Assembly (NCBI GenBank): GCA_963719515.1
Contig: CAVRCJ010000014.1
Location: 128,001 to 192,000, forward strand
Length of the DNA: 64,000 bases
Reading direction: 5' to 3'
Origin: an uncultured cyanobacterium
GTDB taxonomy: Bacteria > Cyanobacteriota > Cyanobacteriia > CAKZMO01
The first letter of the stretch is position 1. Each line of letters starts with the position of its first letter. A program made the position numbers and the translations under genes. The notes under the pieces were generated by a model, which saw nothing but the letters and a program-made list of their open reading frames with translations, made no database searches and was not told the DNA's origin. Positions 11,210 through 21,722 of the stretch are shown here, piece by piece.

Positions 11210-11695
11210 CTACGAGCTCGGGTGAACGTCTAGGTTCATGACGTAGTGCCCTAAGCATAGGTTTTGAGCCCAGAGCTCATATTCTAGGCGTAATCTCTCG
11301 GGAATGCCGTGGCCAATTAGGTCCAGGGAGCGCGTAAAGTTCCGCAGGTGAATCTGCTCAGACTGAGGTCTGCTTTGGAGCCAGTAGCGATTGGTCCCAT
11401 AGACGCCGGGCTCCCAAAAATGTCGGTAGCTAAAGCGCCCGTTGCCCTGCATGGTCATCGTCACCCGGTAGGCAGAGAGTTCTAGCCACAGCAGCCGGGG
11501 CGATCGCGACATGGTTTTGACGGTGCTGTCTGACCTTAGCGGAAAGCGCTCTTGAATAACGGGCTCAGTTAGGAGTACGTGAAACTGATTGTCCCCCTGG
11601 GGATACAGCGTAGCGGCTGTCCGCGTCACTGACCAGACGGGCATGTCAAAAGACATGAACGAGAGGCTGACCTGACGATGGTGCTGATTCAGCAT
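11210..11695 (-). CDS. Hypothetical protein
   Basis: 161-aa ORF co-oriented and immediately upstream of FTR1. Confidence 0.65.
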   Translation of the reverse strand: MLNQHHRQVSLSFMSFDMPVWSVTRTAATLYPQGDNQFHVLLTEPVIQERFPLRSDSTVKTMSRSPRLLWLELSAYRVTMTMQGNGRFSYRHFWEPGVYGTNRYWLQSRPQSEQIHLRNFTRSLDLIGHGIPERLRLEYELWAQNLCLGHYVMNLDVHPSS

Positions 11696-11896
11696 GGGAA
11701 GCAGGAATGGGGAAAGCGCTGAGGCCGAGTGCGGCAGATCGGGCCGGAAGGGTTAGATGCGATCGCGCACTGCCTCGGTTATAGCGTTTAATCCCCCCCG
11801 CTGCCAAGTCATAGCAACAGATCATGATAGTCGGTGTAAAGGGGCAGATGATGATGCATACTGGCCTTGTATAAATACCTCCCACCCTGCGCTGCA

Positions 11897-13237
11897 ATGG
11901 CAACCGCCATCATCGATTTAGCTACAACCGATTCAACCCAAGCTCTGACGATTTCTCCGCCCGCAGAGGGGCTCCCGCTTACCGGACGTCTCCGCGTCCC
12001 GGGGGACAAATCTATCTCCCATCGCGCCCTGATGCTGGGGGCAATCGCTCAGGGCACAACCCACATTGAAGGTCTACTGCTGGGGGAAGATCCCCACAGC
12101 ACAGCCCACTGCCTGCGGGCCATGGGGGCTACTATTTCCGAGCTTAGCTCGGATGCCGTTGCTGTAGAAGGCACCGGATTAGCCTTACAAGAGCCCGCAA
12201 CCGTCCTCGACGCCGGCAATTCAGGCACCACCATGCGCCTGATGCTGGGGCTGCTGGCCTCGCGCCCCGATCGCTTCTTCACCGTTACGGGAGACGCCTC
12301 GCTGCGAGCGCGCCCCATGAAGCGAGTCATCGATCCCCTTCAAGAAATGGGGGCATCGATTTGGTGCCGTCAGGGCGGATTTGCGCCCTTGGCGGTGCAG
12401 GGCCGTAACCTATCCCCCATCCACTACCGCTCTCCGGTCGCTTCTGCTCAGATAAAATCCTGCGTGCTGCTGGCGGGGCTGAGCGTTGAGGGCACTACCC
12501 TGATCACTGAGCCTGCCCAGTCCAGAGACCACAGCGAGCGAATGCTGGCCGCCTTTGGGGCCAAGCTGCGGGTAGACCCCGAGACTCGGCAAATCGAGCT
12601 GGAGGGTCCCGCTCAGCTCACCGGGCAGTCCATTGTGGTGCCGGGAGACATCAGCTCTGCGGCTTTCTGGCTGGTGGCCGCCGCCATCACCCCCGGCGCA
12701 GACATCACCATCGAAAACGTTGGCGTCAACCCCACCCGTACGGGCGTTTTGGAGGTGCTAGAGCGCATGCAGGCCGACATCACCCTGGAGAATGCCCGCA
12801 CCGTCACCGGGGAGCCGGTAGCCGACCTGAGGGTGAAGCACTCAGCGCTGACCGGCTGCACTATTGAAGGAGATCTGATTCCCAAGCTGATTGACGAAAT
12901 TCCAATTTTGGCGGTGGCCGCCGCCTTCGCCAAAGGAAAGACGGTGATTCGCGACGCCGCCGAGCTGCGGGTGAAGGAGAGCGATCGCATTGCGGTGATG
13001 GCTAGCGAGCTGGGCAAGCTGGGCGCGAGGATTGCTGAGCGACATGACGGGCTGGAAATCGTAGGGGGAACCCCACTCACGGGCGAGACCGTAGACAGCT
13101 ATACCGATCACCGCATCGCGATGAGTTTGGCGATCGCTGCCCTCAACGCTTCTGGATCCACAACAATTCACAGGGCCGAGGCAGCCTCTATTTCCTACCC
13201 AGATTTTGTACCGACGCTCACCGGGCTTTGTGCGTGA
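11897..13237 (+). CDS. aroA: 3-phosphoshikimate 1-carboxyvinyltransferase (EPSP synthase)
   Basis: [51 protein letters not shown]. Confidence 0.96.
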   Translation: MATAIIDLATTDSTQALTISPPAEGLPLTGRLRVPGDKSISHRALMLGAIAQGTTHIEGLLLGEDPHSTAHCLRAMGATISELSSDAVAVEGTGLALQEPATVLDAGNSGTTMRLMLGLLASRPDRFFTVTGDASLRARPMKRVIDPLQEMGASIWCRQGGFAPLAVQGRNLSPIHYRSPVASAQIKSCVLLAGLSVEGTTLITEPAQSRDHSERMLAAFGAKLRVDPETRQIELEGPAQLTGQSIVVPGDISSAAFWLVAAAITPGADITIENVGVNPTRTGVLEVLERMQADITLENARTVTGEPVADLRVKHSALTGCTIEGDLIPKLIDEIPILAVAAAFAKGKTVIRDAAELRVKESDRIAVMASELGKLGARIAERHDGLEIVGGTPLTGETVDSYTDHRIAMSLAIAALNASGSTTIHRAEAASISYPDFVPTLTGLCA

Positions 13238-13372
13238 AAGCACAGCAGAAAAGACCCTGTGCAGCGGGTTTTGCCAGGTTTTGCGGCCCTACTCTGACGG
13301 TTGAATGGGCACAATAGCTCAGGGTGATACTCCGCCTAATCCGCTAGCGCAAGAGGCACAAGACCGTGCGGC

Positions 13373-13813
13373 ATGTCTGATCTTATTGATTTCAAGGAAA
13401 AGCCATTGATTCCGTGGCAGCAGCTCAAAAATGCGTACTTCAGCATCTCGACGTACAGCGATCTCAGCCCAGATCTTTCCCGTCGCCGACAGGTCAAACT
13501 CTCGCTGAAAGAGCGCCGTACCCTATCTCGCTATGACTGGTGTCATAACCTTTGGCCTGAGACTTACACGACAAAAGTACTGGAGTTTCTCTACGATCGC
13601 CTTCCAGAATACAGCGGGCTTCCGGCAGGAAAGCTGCGCCCCGATGACGACCTAGAAACTGATTTAAGCTGGACTCAAATCTGTGGTTTCGACTGGGACG
13701 TTGCTCTTTGCGAAGACTTCCAGCAAACGTTTGGGGAAGACATTTCTGACAGTCTTTTGGGCGCGTCGCCCACCACCTTAGAAGACCTCGCGATTTGCCT
13801 ACACCAGTTATAG
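13373..13813 (+). CDS. Hypothetical protein with an acidic, acyl-carrier-like C-terminus
   Basis: 146 aa; LRPDDDLETDL...EDFQQTFG...TLEDL resembles the ACP helical pattern. Confidence 0.6.
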   Translation: MSDLIDFKEKPLIPWQQLKNAYFSISTYSDLSPDLSRRRQVKLSLKERRTLSRYDWCHNLWPETYTTKVLEFLYDRLPEYSGLPAGKLRPDDDLETDLSWTQICGFDWDVALCEDFQQTFGEDISDSLLGASPTTLEDLAICLHQL

Positions 13814-13875
13814 CGCGGCGGCTTGCTCCTGGCCTGCGCAGTGCCCTCTAAGCCTTCCCCTGTATTCCCTCTACC

Positions 13876-15633
13876 TCAGCGAGATACTGCCTGAGTATCG
13901 CTGACCCACTGCTCAATTCCATCCGCCAATCCCTCAGCTAACCGGGCCTGCTGCTCAGGGTCAACAATCCACTCGAACTCTTCAGGATTGATCATAAACC
14001 CCAGCTCCAGCAGCACCGACGGAGCGATCGCCGGTCGGGTCAGCGCTAAATTATTCCAGTACACCCCATAGGAGGGACGATCTAGGGTCTCAACGAGGTA
14101 GTTGTGCAAGAAGACCGCTAGATCGTGGGCCTGGGCGTGATACCAAAACATGCCGATGCCCGCCGTGTTTTCTGCGTCGCCTTCGTCCGGTAGGGCATTG
14201 TAGTGCAGGCTCAGCGCCAGGGTCGGCTCTAGGGCCTCAATCGTCGCCACGCGATCGCTGGGAAACAGGTCGTCGTCGCCCTCGCGGGTCATAATCACCG
14301 ACGCGCCCCGGGCTTCTAAAGCATCGCGCAGCTGTAGCGACAGGGCGAGGGTGACGTCTTTTTCCGGCAGCCCGGTGGGGCCGCGCGCTCCCAAATCCTC
14401 AGGGCTACCGTGGCCGGGGTCTAGCAAGATGGACGTGCCCACCAGAGGTCTGTCTGCTAAGGCTGGAGGATGCCGCAGCGTCAGCAGTAAATTGGTTCCC
14501 TCGTAGCGTAGGCTATAGCCCCAGGCTTGGGGAGACTTGAGGCTAAAGTGATACGCCACTTGGTTAGGGCTAGGCTGGGTCCAGTCGAGTCGCTCAATGA
14601 CTGGATCATCATCGAGGCGAATCGTATCGGTTTGAGCGGTGGTGTTGTGCAAGGTCAAGGTCAAGGAGCCGCGCCGCTGATCTATTGACACCGGTACCGG
14701 CACCTGCAGCGGGAAGACAATTTCGGTGCGATCGCTGAGCTCTCGCCCCAGAACGCCGCGCACTAGCGATCGCGGCGGCACTGCTGCTGCTGCCACGGTG
14801 ACTTCAGAATCACGGATCCAAGCGCCGTAGTCTAGCCGCCACCAGTCTCCCTCGCTGCCCGTAATCCCGGCTTGGGTGCCGGTGGGCAAGGGAGTGAGCC
14901 GGGAGTAGGTGGTGCTGGGTCCGGTGCGGGCTGTGCCTGAAGGGGCCGTGACGGTGGCCACCTGAAACGGCACCGCCGGCAGCACATCAACAGTGCCCGG
15001 TGCCGCTTGCTCTACAGTCTCTCCATTTATCTCCAGTCGATAGTTCGGCTGCCCTAACGCTCCCCCCTGTAGCACCGTGCAGCCGCCGTAGAGGATAGCT
15101 TCTCCGACGGGGTCGATCTGCCCCGTCAGCACCGCTGAATTGGGCGGGAGCACCACCGAGGGCTGGGGACTGAGAGGAAGGGTCTGACCCTGAAACAAAG
15201 CGGTGACGGCGCTTTCGGCAGGAGCGATCGCCTCAAAGCACAGGGTTTCCCCCAGCTGCCGCGCCACGTTTACGCTGGGGAAAAGACTTCCTTCGGCAAA
15301 GGCCAGGCCCTCGGGTCCGGCGGGCACAGCAGCGTTGCGCACCACGACCAGGGTCTGCGTCGCCTCTCCAGCTTCTAAAACAAAGCGGTTTTCTCCAAGG
15401 GCCAAGGGGAAGGAGGGCGCGAAGTGACCCGCCTCGCTTTGCTGGACGGGCTGACCGTTGACGGTGACCCCATCGGCAGCAGTGCCGATAAAGAAGATCT
15501 GCTCAGCGATCGTTTCGTGCCCGTCAGGTGGGTAAATCACGGTCAACGGGGGGCCATCGGCTCGGGCAAGAGGGCTTCCCATCGTTGCGATTCCAGCGGC
15601 AATTCCGGCAGCGTAACCAACAACATTTTTCAC
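13876..15633 (-). CDS. N-acetylmuramoyl-L-alanine amidase (Amidase_3) with an SH3-like domain
   Basis: Signal peptide; ARTGPSTTYSR (SH3b-like); catalytic motifs ILLDPGHG, EKDVTL, LSLHYNA, SVLLELGF. Confidence 0.9.
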   Translation of the reverse strand: MKNVVGYAAGIAAGIATMGSPLARADGPPLTVIYPPDGHETIAEQIFFIGTAADGVTVNGQPVQQSEAGHFAPSFPLALGENRFVLEAGEATQTLVVVRNAAVPAGPEGLAFAEGSLFPSVNVARQLGETLCFEAIAPAESAVTALFQGQTLPLSPQPSVVLPPNSAVLTGQIDPVGEAILYGGCTVLQGGALGQPNYRLEINGETVEQAAPGTVDVLPAVPFQVATVTAPSGTARTGPSTTYSRLTPLPTGTQAGITGSEGDWWRLDYGAWIRDSEVTVAAAAVPPRSLVRGVLGRELSDRTEIVFPLQVPVPVSIDQRRGSLTLTLHNTTAQTDTIRLDDDPVIERLDWTQPSPNQVAYHFSLKSPQAWGYSLRYEGTNLLLTLRHPPALADRPLVGTSILLDPGHGSPEDLGARGPTGLPEKDVTLALSLQLRDALEARGASVIMTREGDDDLFPSDRVATIEALEPTLALSLHYNALPDEGDAENTAGIGMFWYHAQAHDLAVFLHNYLVETLDRPSYGVYWNNLALTRPAIAPSVLLELGFMINPEEFEWIVDPEQQARLAEGLADGIEQWVSDTQAVSR

Positions 15634-15684
15634 GCCTATCGTCTCACTTCCTCATCCAGGTTGATGTCCTTTAAAGGCTATAGG

Positions 15685-16176
15685 TCAGGCTAAAAATCGG
15701 TCCAATGCGGCTTTGAGAGCGCTAATCTCCTCCTCAATCGCTCCCTTTTCCGCCGCCCGACTCACACATTCGCTCAAATGCTCATCTAGAATAATTCGGG
15801 CAACCCGGTCTAGAGCGCCCCGCACAGCAGCCACTTGCACCAGGACATCGGGACAGTCGCGGTCCTCATGCACCATTGTCTTAATGCCGCGGATGTGTCC
15901 CTCGATGCGAGACAGCCGGTTAATGATCCGGCGGCGGGACTCTTCGCTGTGGACATGGTCGTGGTCCTGTTCACCGTGACCTTTCTTGCCGTGGCCCTGT
16001 TTACCATAGCTCTGTTTGCTGTTGCCCTGCTTGTCGTGGCCCTGCTCGTCGTGGCCCTGCTCGTCGGGGCTATGAGGATGGGTGTGGTCATGTCCAAGGT
16101 CGTGGTTCGCCTCTTGGGGATGACTAGACGTAGGATTGTCGCGAGAGGGGACGCGGGACGTGTCGAGAGGGAGCAT
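15685..16176 (-). CDS. CsoR/RcnR (InrS-like) metal-sensing repressor with a His-rich N-terminal extension
   Basis: HVHSEES..INRLSRIEGHIRGIK.M...CPDVLVQVAAV...EHLSEC; start taken at ATG 16176. Confidence 0.88.
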   Translation of the reverse strand: MLPLDTSRVPSRDNPTSSHPQEANHDLGHDHTHPHSPDEQGHDEQGHDKQGNSKQSYGKQGHGKKGHGEQDHDHVHSEESRRRIINRLSRIEGHIRGIKTMVHEDRDCPDVLVQVAAVRGALDRVARIILDEHLSECVSRAAEKGAIEEEISALKAALDRFLA

Positions 16177-16256
16177 AGCGATCGCGGACCTGCAGGTGCT
16201 GGTTTTAGAGAAGTAGACTCCTATTTTAGCCCGTGATTGGGGGGTTGCTTGAGACG

Positions 16257-18392
16257 CTAAACCCCGAGCCGCAGCCGCCACTGCCTGAGTTCTCCCACGT
16301 CTCCTGCCGCGCAGTCGCACACCTGTAGCTGCCAGTCTCCTTGGATGGACTGGCCCAGGAGGCGATTGAGTAGGGGGGTGGTTTGGGTTGAGTAGGTCTT
16401 GTTGAGCGTCCGCTGTCGTCCCAGCAGCCGAGACTGCAGCCGCACTGAGTCTCCTGAGGGGGCAATCAGGTTGATTTCCAGGTCTCCCAAAAAGGGATGA
16501 GCGATGCTCAAGGTCACGTCTAGGTTCCACAGGACGTTGCGCTGCGACACGCGGATGCGGCGGCTAATGCCTTGGGGAACGTTGTCAGAAATGGTTACCT
16601 TTTGGCTGTCTATGAACTCTAGCCAGCGCGTCGCGGGCTGGAGCGTCGGGAGCTGCCGCTCAGCAGCCTGCACCGCCCGCAGGGCGTTCACCTTTCCATA
16701 CCCAAACCATTCTGAATGTCCTTGAGCCTCGTAGGTACCCCGCCTGAGCCCTAGCTGCGGGTCGCTTTGGCGGTCCACAATTTTATCTGCTGTGGCCTGC
16801 AAAATTTGACGCACCTGCTGGGCGGTGAGGTCCGGATTGGCCGACAGCATCAGCGCCGCTACCCCTGCCACCAGCGGACAGGCGCTGGAGGTGCCGCCAA
16901 AGGTGCGGACAAAATCACCGGAGGAATAGCCTAGGGCATCGAGGCGATCGCTCGTCAGCACCGCTCGTCCCGGCGGCTGGCGAATCAGGGGGCCAGTATT
17001 TACAAAGCCTCGCTGCGGCAAAAATAGCCCCGGCACGGCGTTGTTGCTGGGGGCGGCGACGGAAATTTCTTTTCCCCAGCTGCTATAGGCTGATTTTCGG
17101 TTGAGGCTGCTACAGGCCGATACCGCAATCACATCGGGGTGGACCGCAAACCCATTGAGCCAAGGGGTGCTGCCCTGCAGCGCATTGTCGGGCCAGCCCC
17201 GCTCGTCGATGGTGCCGTTGAGGGGGCGATTGGCGTTTCCGGCGGCAAACAGCACCACGCAGCCTTTTCCGTCGCGGCCTTGAAGGGCGGCGCGGGTGAT
17301 GGCGGCCCGCTGCCTTAGGGAAAGGGAATAGCGGGTGCCTACTGGTCCCCAGCTGCAGGAGATCACTGCTGCGCCATTGTTCATAGCCCAGCCAAACATC
17401 GCCTCAATAGAGCGATCGTCAATGAGCCCCGAATAGCGAATGGGCATAAAGGCGCAGCCGGGGGCAATCCCGACGATGCCCTGTCCATTTTCTTCGGCGA
17501 TCGCCACCCCCGCTACTGCGGTACCGTGGTTTTCCCCAGCGGCTTCGGGCAGGGGCACCCCGTCGCTGCTCCGCAAATCTCGCGGGGCCACGAGCTTGCC
17601 AGGGCCGCTGAAGTCGGGGTGATTGAGGTCAAAGCCGTCGTCAATGATGGCCACCACGATGGAGCGGTTGCCCCGGGTAATGTCCCAGGCGGCTTCGGCC
17701 GAGACGTGGGACCCCGTCGCCAAATTTTGCCCCCCCTGATGCTGCAAATACCACTGCTCGCGGTAGAGCGAGTCTTGGGGGCGATAGTACCCCTGAGCTG
17801 GCACCACCACGTTGGGCTCCACCAGCAGCACCTCGGGTAGACGCGCTAGCCGGTTGGCTAGCTTTAAGGGGTTGGCCACCGCCGCTGCCGTCACCTGAAA
17901 CACATAGGCGTCAGGAACGCCGTCAATGGCCTCTAGCTGCAGCAGCCCTGCCGCCGCCGCGATCGCCGCCCTATCCGCCGAACTCACCTGAGGCGCAAAC
18001 TGAATCGTGAGCTGGTCGGTCAGATAAATTTGCTGAGGCGCATCTTCAAGTTGGTAAACGTGGCTGGCGAAATCGACGTCCTCTCGCGCCCGCACTTGGG
18101 CCATGGCGGGATTGAGCTGACCTACCCCTGGTACCTGCACCTCTGTTAACGACACCAGAGGCATAATTTGAGTCACTTCCCCTCCCACAGACTGGGCCGC
18201 CGCCTGACTGACTTGAGCGGCCTCCGAATCCGAAAACTTTACCGTGAAGCGATCGTCTATCTTGCGCAAGGCCATCGCTTCGCCGCCCCGCTGTAGCGTC
18301 AGCCCTTCATTTGCCACAGGAACCCTCATCCGCGCAGCCCAGTCGATGCGATTGGGCTCGTTGCCCAAATCAGAAATAGGAGAGTTGCTCAT
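16257..18392 (-). CDS. S8 (subtilisin/kexin-like) serine peptidase with a C-terminal P domain
   Basis: Catalytic IIDDG, HGTAVAG, FAAGN, GGTSSACP; P-domain HPFLGDLEINLIAPSG...GDWQL. Start uncertain (18392 or upstream). Confidence 0.9.
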   Translation of the reverse strand: MSNSPISDLGNEPNRIDWAARMRVPVANEGLTLQRGGEAMALRKIDDRFTVKFSDSEAAQVSQAAAQSVGGEVTQIMPLVSLTEVQVPGVGQLNPAMAQVRAREDVDFASHVYQLEDAPQQIYLTDQLTIQFAPQVSSADRAAIAAAAGLLQLEAIDGVPDAYVFQVTAAAVANPLKLANRLARLPEVLLVEPNVVVPAQGYYRPQDSLYREQWYLQHQGGQNLATGSHVSAEAAWDITRGNRSIVVAIIDDGFDLNHPDFSGPGKLVAPRDLRSSDGVPLPEAAGENHGTAVAGVAIAEENGQGIVGIAPGCAFMPIRYSGLIDDRSIEAMFGWAMNNGAAVISCSWGPVGTRYSLSLRQRAAITRAALQGRDGKGCVVLFAAGNANRPLNGTIDERGWPDNALQGSTPWLNGFAVHPDVIAVSACSSLNRKSAYSSWGKEISVAAPSNNAVPGLFLPQRGFVNTGPLIRQPPGRAVLTSDRLDALGYSSGDFVRTFGGTSSACPLVAGVAALMLSANPDLTAQQVRQILQATADKIVDRQSDPQLGLRRGTYEAQGHSEWFGYGKVNALRAVQAAERQLPTLQPATRWLEFIDSQKVTISDNVPQGISRRIRVSQRNVLWNLDVTLSIAHPFLGDLEINLIAPSGDSVRLQSRLLGRQRTLNKTYSTQTTPLLNRLLGQSIQGDWQLQVCDCAAGDVGELRQWRLRLGV

Positions 18393-18494
18393 AGTGACAG
18401 GTACGAAGGTGTCATGACGCCGAAGGCGATGATAATATAGCTCAGTATTATAGATACGGTCAGTTGTGTTTAGTTTCCTGTCCAAGGGGATTTA

Positions 18495-19154
18495 ATGGTA
18501 CATGCAATCAGTTTTTGGCGCGCCTGCCGTCGTCAAATTGGCCTGTCGCTTGGGATAGCTGCTACGGCCGTACTGCTCCCCTCCGCGATTGCAGCCCAGA
18601 CGCCGGGTGAAATCGATTTAGAGAATTTGGATAATAGCGGCCTGGAGCTGCTCGATGAAGGTGGCGAAGAACCGCTAGAAGGTACAGAGTCCGACTCCCG
18701 TCCGCTTGCGCAAGAAGGCAGCGTGTTGAGCCTAGTGGGCGGGCGGCGACTGATGCGGGAAGGCAACAACGCCGCCGCTGAGCAGGACTACGCGATCGCA
18801 GTCAGTAGGTATCAGGATGCCCGACAGGTGTTCAACCAGCTGTCTAATTTCTACCGCCGCTTGTCCGATAGCTTTATCGGCATCGACGGTCGTATCTCGG
18901 AGCAGCAGCGGGACCTGGCGCTAGAAACCGCAGAAATGCGCGACAATGCTACCTATCAGCTGGCGCTGGTTCACCGCGCTGAAGGACAGCCCGACCTAGC
19001 GGTGCCTTTGCTAATTCAAATTATCCAAAGCCAAGATCCTACCCGCGAGCTGGGCGGACAGGCCTACCGTCAGCTGTTTGAGCTAGGCTTTGTGGATGCA
19101 GCCTACCCGCGCAATCAGGCCGACGAGCCGGCGGCGACAGCGCCTCAGCCCTAA
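18495..19154 (+). CDS. Conserved secreted hypothetical protein, TPR-like
   Basis: Signal peptide; helical C-terminus ATYQLALVHRA...AVPLLIQII; first gene of the bolA-grxD cluster. Confidence 0.7.
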   Translation: MVHAISFWRACRRQIGLSLGIAATAVLLPSAIAAQTPGEIDLENLDNSGLELLDEGGEEPLEGTESDSRPLAQEGSVLSLVGGRRLMREGNNAAAEQDYAIAVSRYQDARQVFNQLSNFYRRLSDSFIGIDGRISEQQRDLALETAEMRDNATYQLALVHRAEGQPDLAVPLLIQIIQSQDPTRELGGQAYRQLFELGFVDAAYPRNQADEPAATAPQP

Positions 19155-19174
19155 CAATTTAAGAGAGTTCTCCT

Positions 19175-19411
19175 ATGGTGACCCCAGAACAGGTTGAGAC
19201 CATGATTAAGACCGGTCTACCAGATGCCGAAGTCCAAGTCCAAGATTTGACGGGCGGCGGCGACCATTATCAGGTGACGGTAGTGTCGCCCGCGTTTGAA
19301 GGTAAGACGCTGATTCAGCAGCACCAAATGGTCTATCGGGCCGTGAATCAGGCAATGTCCACGGAGGCGATTCATGCGCTATCGCTGAAGACCTCTGCCC
19401 CTGGTCAGTAG
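19175..19411 (+). CDS. bolA: BolA family protein
   Basis: GGGDHYQVTVVS..F.GK..IQQHQMVY...IHALSLKT. Confidence 0.92.
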   Translation: MVTPEQVETMIKTGLPDAEVQVQDLTGGGDHYQVTVVSPAFEGKTLIQQHQMVYRAVNQAMSTEAIHALSLKTSAPGQ

Positions 19412-19488
19412 GCTAAGTTTCTAGAACGAATAGTTGTAGGCTACGATCAATTTGGCTGCTCACACATACTCAGGACTCTATTCACGCC

Positions 19489-19812
19489 ATGACTCCAGAA
19501 CTTAAAGCGCGTATCGAAACCGTTGTCAACAGCGCCCCCGTGGTGGTGTTTATGAAGGGTAACAAGCTGATGCCCCAGTGCGGTTTTTCTAACAATGTGG
19601 TCCAGATTTTAAACGTGCTGAACGTGCCCTACGAGACGTTTGACGTACTGGAAGACTACGACGTCCGCCAAGGTATTAAGGAGTATTCCAACTGGCCGAC
19701 GATTCCTCAGCTTTACGTCAATGGCGAGCTTGTGGGCGGGTCGGATATTCTGATTGAGCTTTACCAGAAGGGTGAGCTGCAGCAAATGCTTGAGGTGGCG
19801 CTGGCGTCCTGA
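19489..19812 (+). CDS. grxD: Monothiol glutaredoxin, Grx4 family
   Basis: [22 protein letters not shown]; adjacent to bolA. Confidence 0.95.
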   Translation: MTPELKARIETVVNSAPVVVFMKGNKLMPQCGFSNNVVQILNVLNVPYETFDVLEDYDVRQGIKEYSNWPTIPQLYVNGELVGGSDILIELYQKGELQQMLEVALAS

Positions 19813-19884
19813 TTCACGGCCAGAAATTAGCGGTGCCCTCAGCAGGAGATTGCCTCAGTCTGAGGTGATAGGACCTAGTTTGGG

Positions 19885-19942
19885 GCACTCCGATCCAATG
19901 AGACGCTCTAGACGATTAGGACGTCTCATTGGATCGGAGTGC
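19885..19942. terminator. 21-bp perfect inverted repeat between convergent grxD and cysE
   Basis: gcactccgatccaatgagacg-(16 nt)-cgtctcattggatcggagtgc. Confidence 0.6.
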
Positions 19943-20089
19943 ATAACCCTAGCTGTATCAGAAGCAGGAGAAAGTAAAGCTCGAGCTGGGGCGGGCGAGA
20001 GCTATTGAGACGGCCAACGCCTTTGCCTGTAGCTTTCAGGCAGCCGACTGCTCTTAGACAGCGGCTAGACGGCCGCCAGACTCCCTGAC

Positions 20090-20842
20090 TCAGATCCCCG
20101 AGCCATCCAAAAACTGATCGATTTCTCGATTTTTAAGCTGACAGGTTGTCGAAAGGCGATCGCTCTTGGATCCCACCAGCGCCGGAACGCGATCGCTCAA
20201 GGCGCTATTTTGGGCCTGCAGCGTCGCCACCTGCTGCTCCAAGGTCTCAAGACGGTCCACTAAAGCTCGAATCACCTGGGCCTCTGAGTCGGGTAGGCTC
20301 CCGTGCTCTAGCGGGTCAACCCGCTCTCCAGAGCGATAGACAATTCTTCCTGGAATGCCCACCACCGTGCAGTCTGACGGCGCATCCCGCAGCACCACTG
20401 ACCCTGCGCCAATGCGCACGTTGTTGCCTATTTGCAGGTTGCCCAACACCTTTGCGCCGGCCCCCACGACCACATTGTCACCCAAAGTGGGGTGGCGCTT
20501 GCCGCTCTCTTTCCCCGTTCCCCCCAAAGTGACGCCCTGGTAGATCAGGCAAAAATCGCCTAAGACAGCCGTCTCTCCAATCACTACACCCATACCGTGG
20601 TCGATAAAGACGCCTTTGCCGAGGTGCGCTCCGGGGTGGATCTCAATTCCCGTGATGAAGCGAGACAGGTGAGAGATAAAGCGGGGCAAGAACGGCATTT
20701 TGAGCCGGTAGAGCAGGTGGGAGAAGCGATGAAGGGCGATCGCCTGCAGTCCTGGATAGCATAAAAGCACCTCTAGCCAGTTGCGAGCAGCAGGATCACG
20801 GTCGAAGATAATTTTGAAGTCGGTGGCGAGCGTCGAGAGCAC
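20090..20842 (-). CDS. cysE: Serine O-acetyltransferase
   Basis: RDPAAR, TGIEIHPGA, FIDHGMGVVIGET, GKRHPTLG hexapeptide region; start taken at GTG 20842. Confidence 0.95.
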   Translation of the reverse strand: MLSTLATDFKIIFDRDPAARNWLEVLLCYPGLQAIALHRFSHLLYRLKMPFLPRFISHLSRFITGIEIHPGAHLGKGVFIDHGMGVVIGETAVLGDFCLIYQGVTLGGTGKESGKRHPTLGDNVVVGAGAKVLGNLQIGNNVRIGAGSVVLRDAPSDCTVVGIPGRIVYRSGERVDPLEHGSLPDSEAQVIRALVDRLETLEQQVATLQAQNSALSDRVPALVGSKSDRLSTTCQLKNREIDQFLDGSGI

Positions 20843-20957
20843 GGATGATAACCCCGAAGATGCGTCAGACTTTATTATAGTAGCCCTCTCCACCGGCTCT
20901 GAATCCCTAGAATAGGGTAGATTACCTCAGCCCTACGATCTTGGGTAGGGTTGAGTT

Positions 20958-21452
20958 CTACGGGTTTGTCTCTACCGTAAGCCGATAGTCGTAGCGAATT
21001 GCCGAGTCAAAAGAACCCACCCAAACCTCGTAGGTGCCTGCCTCCCAGGCTTGACCCCGCAGCCTGGCGTCGGCATTGCTGGAATCATCGGCGCAGAACA
21101 CCCCAGCCGCTGAGCGCACCAGCAGCGTCGTGTCGTTTCCTCCGCTGTTGACCGTCAAGGCCACGCCTGATGCGGGTTCGCTGAGCACCACAATATGGTC
21201 GGGCTCCGTTGTCCCGTAGCCGACGCAGTGGCTGCCGTTAGCGCCCTGCCGGGCGATCGTCGACAGCGGGGTAGTTCCTTGAGTGTGGCCCTCCAGGGTT
21301 CGGGACGCCGAGCTTCCAAGAGTGGCCGAGCCAAAGTTTGCGGCAGATTGCGCGACTGCTGGTGCAGCCACTAATAGGGTCAATAGCGCTCCACTCACCC
21401 AACTGGCGTTGAGGGATTTTATCTGGGTCGGGATTTGATGAAAGTTAAACAT
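20958..21452 (-). CDS. Secreted hypothetical protein with a PPC-like beta domain
   Basis: Signal peptide (VAAPAVA); C.GY...PDH, DTTLLV...CADD, GTYEVWVG. Confidence 0.7.
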   Translation of the reverse strand: MFNFHQIPTQIKSLNASWVSGALLTLLVAAPAVAQSAANFGSATLGSSASRTLEGHTQGTTPLSTIARQGANGSHCVGYGTTEPDHIVVLSEPASGVALTVNSGGNDTTLLVRSAAGVFCADDSSNADARLRGQAWEAGTYEVWVGSFDSAIRYDYRLTVETNP

Positions 21453-21722
21453 GGTGCTTGACTGGGTACTCCGAGTTTAAGTCGGTTTGACCTAGAGGGG
21501 CGTGGCTCAAACCCGCACTCATCAACGTGACACTATAGTATTCAGCATTACGCAATCAAATCAGGCTGGGGAGCATCAAGGGGCAGATCTTGTATCGTCA
21601 CAGACATTTTCACACTCGCAATAGGGTGCGTCAAAGTGTTACTAGGGCATTGTTTCACGGCGCAGACCCTATGACCATCAATTTGAATTAAGATAACTCT
21701 CCTTTTTAGAAGGTCCCCCACC

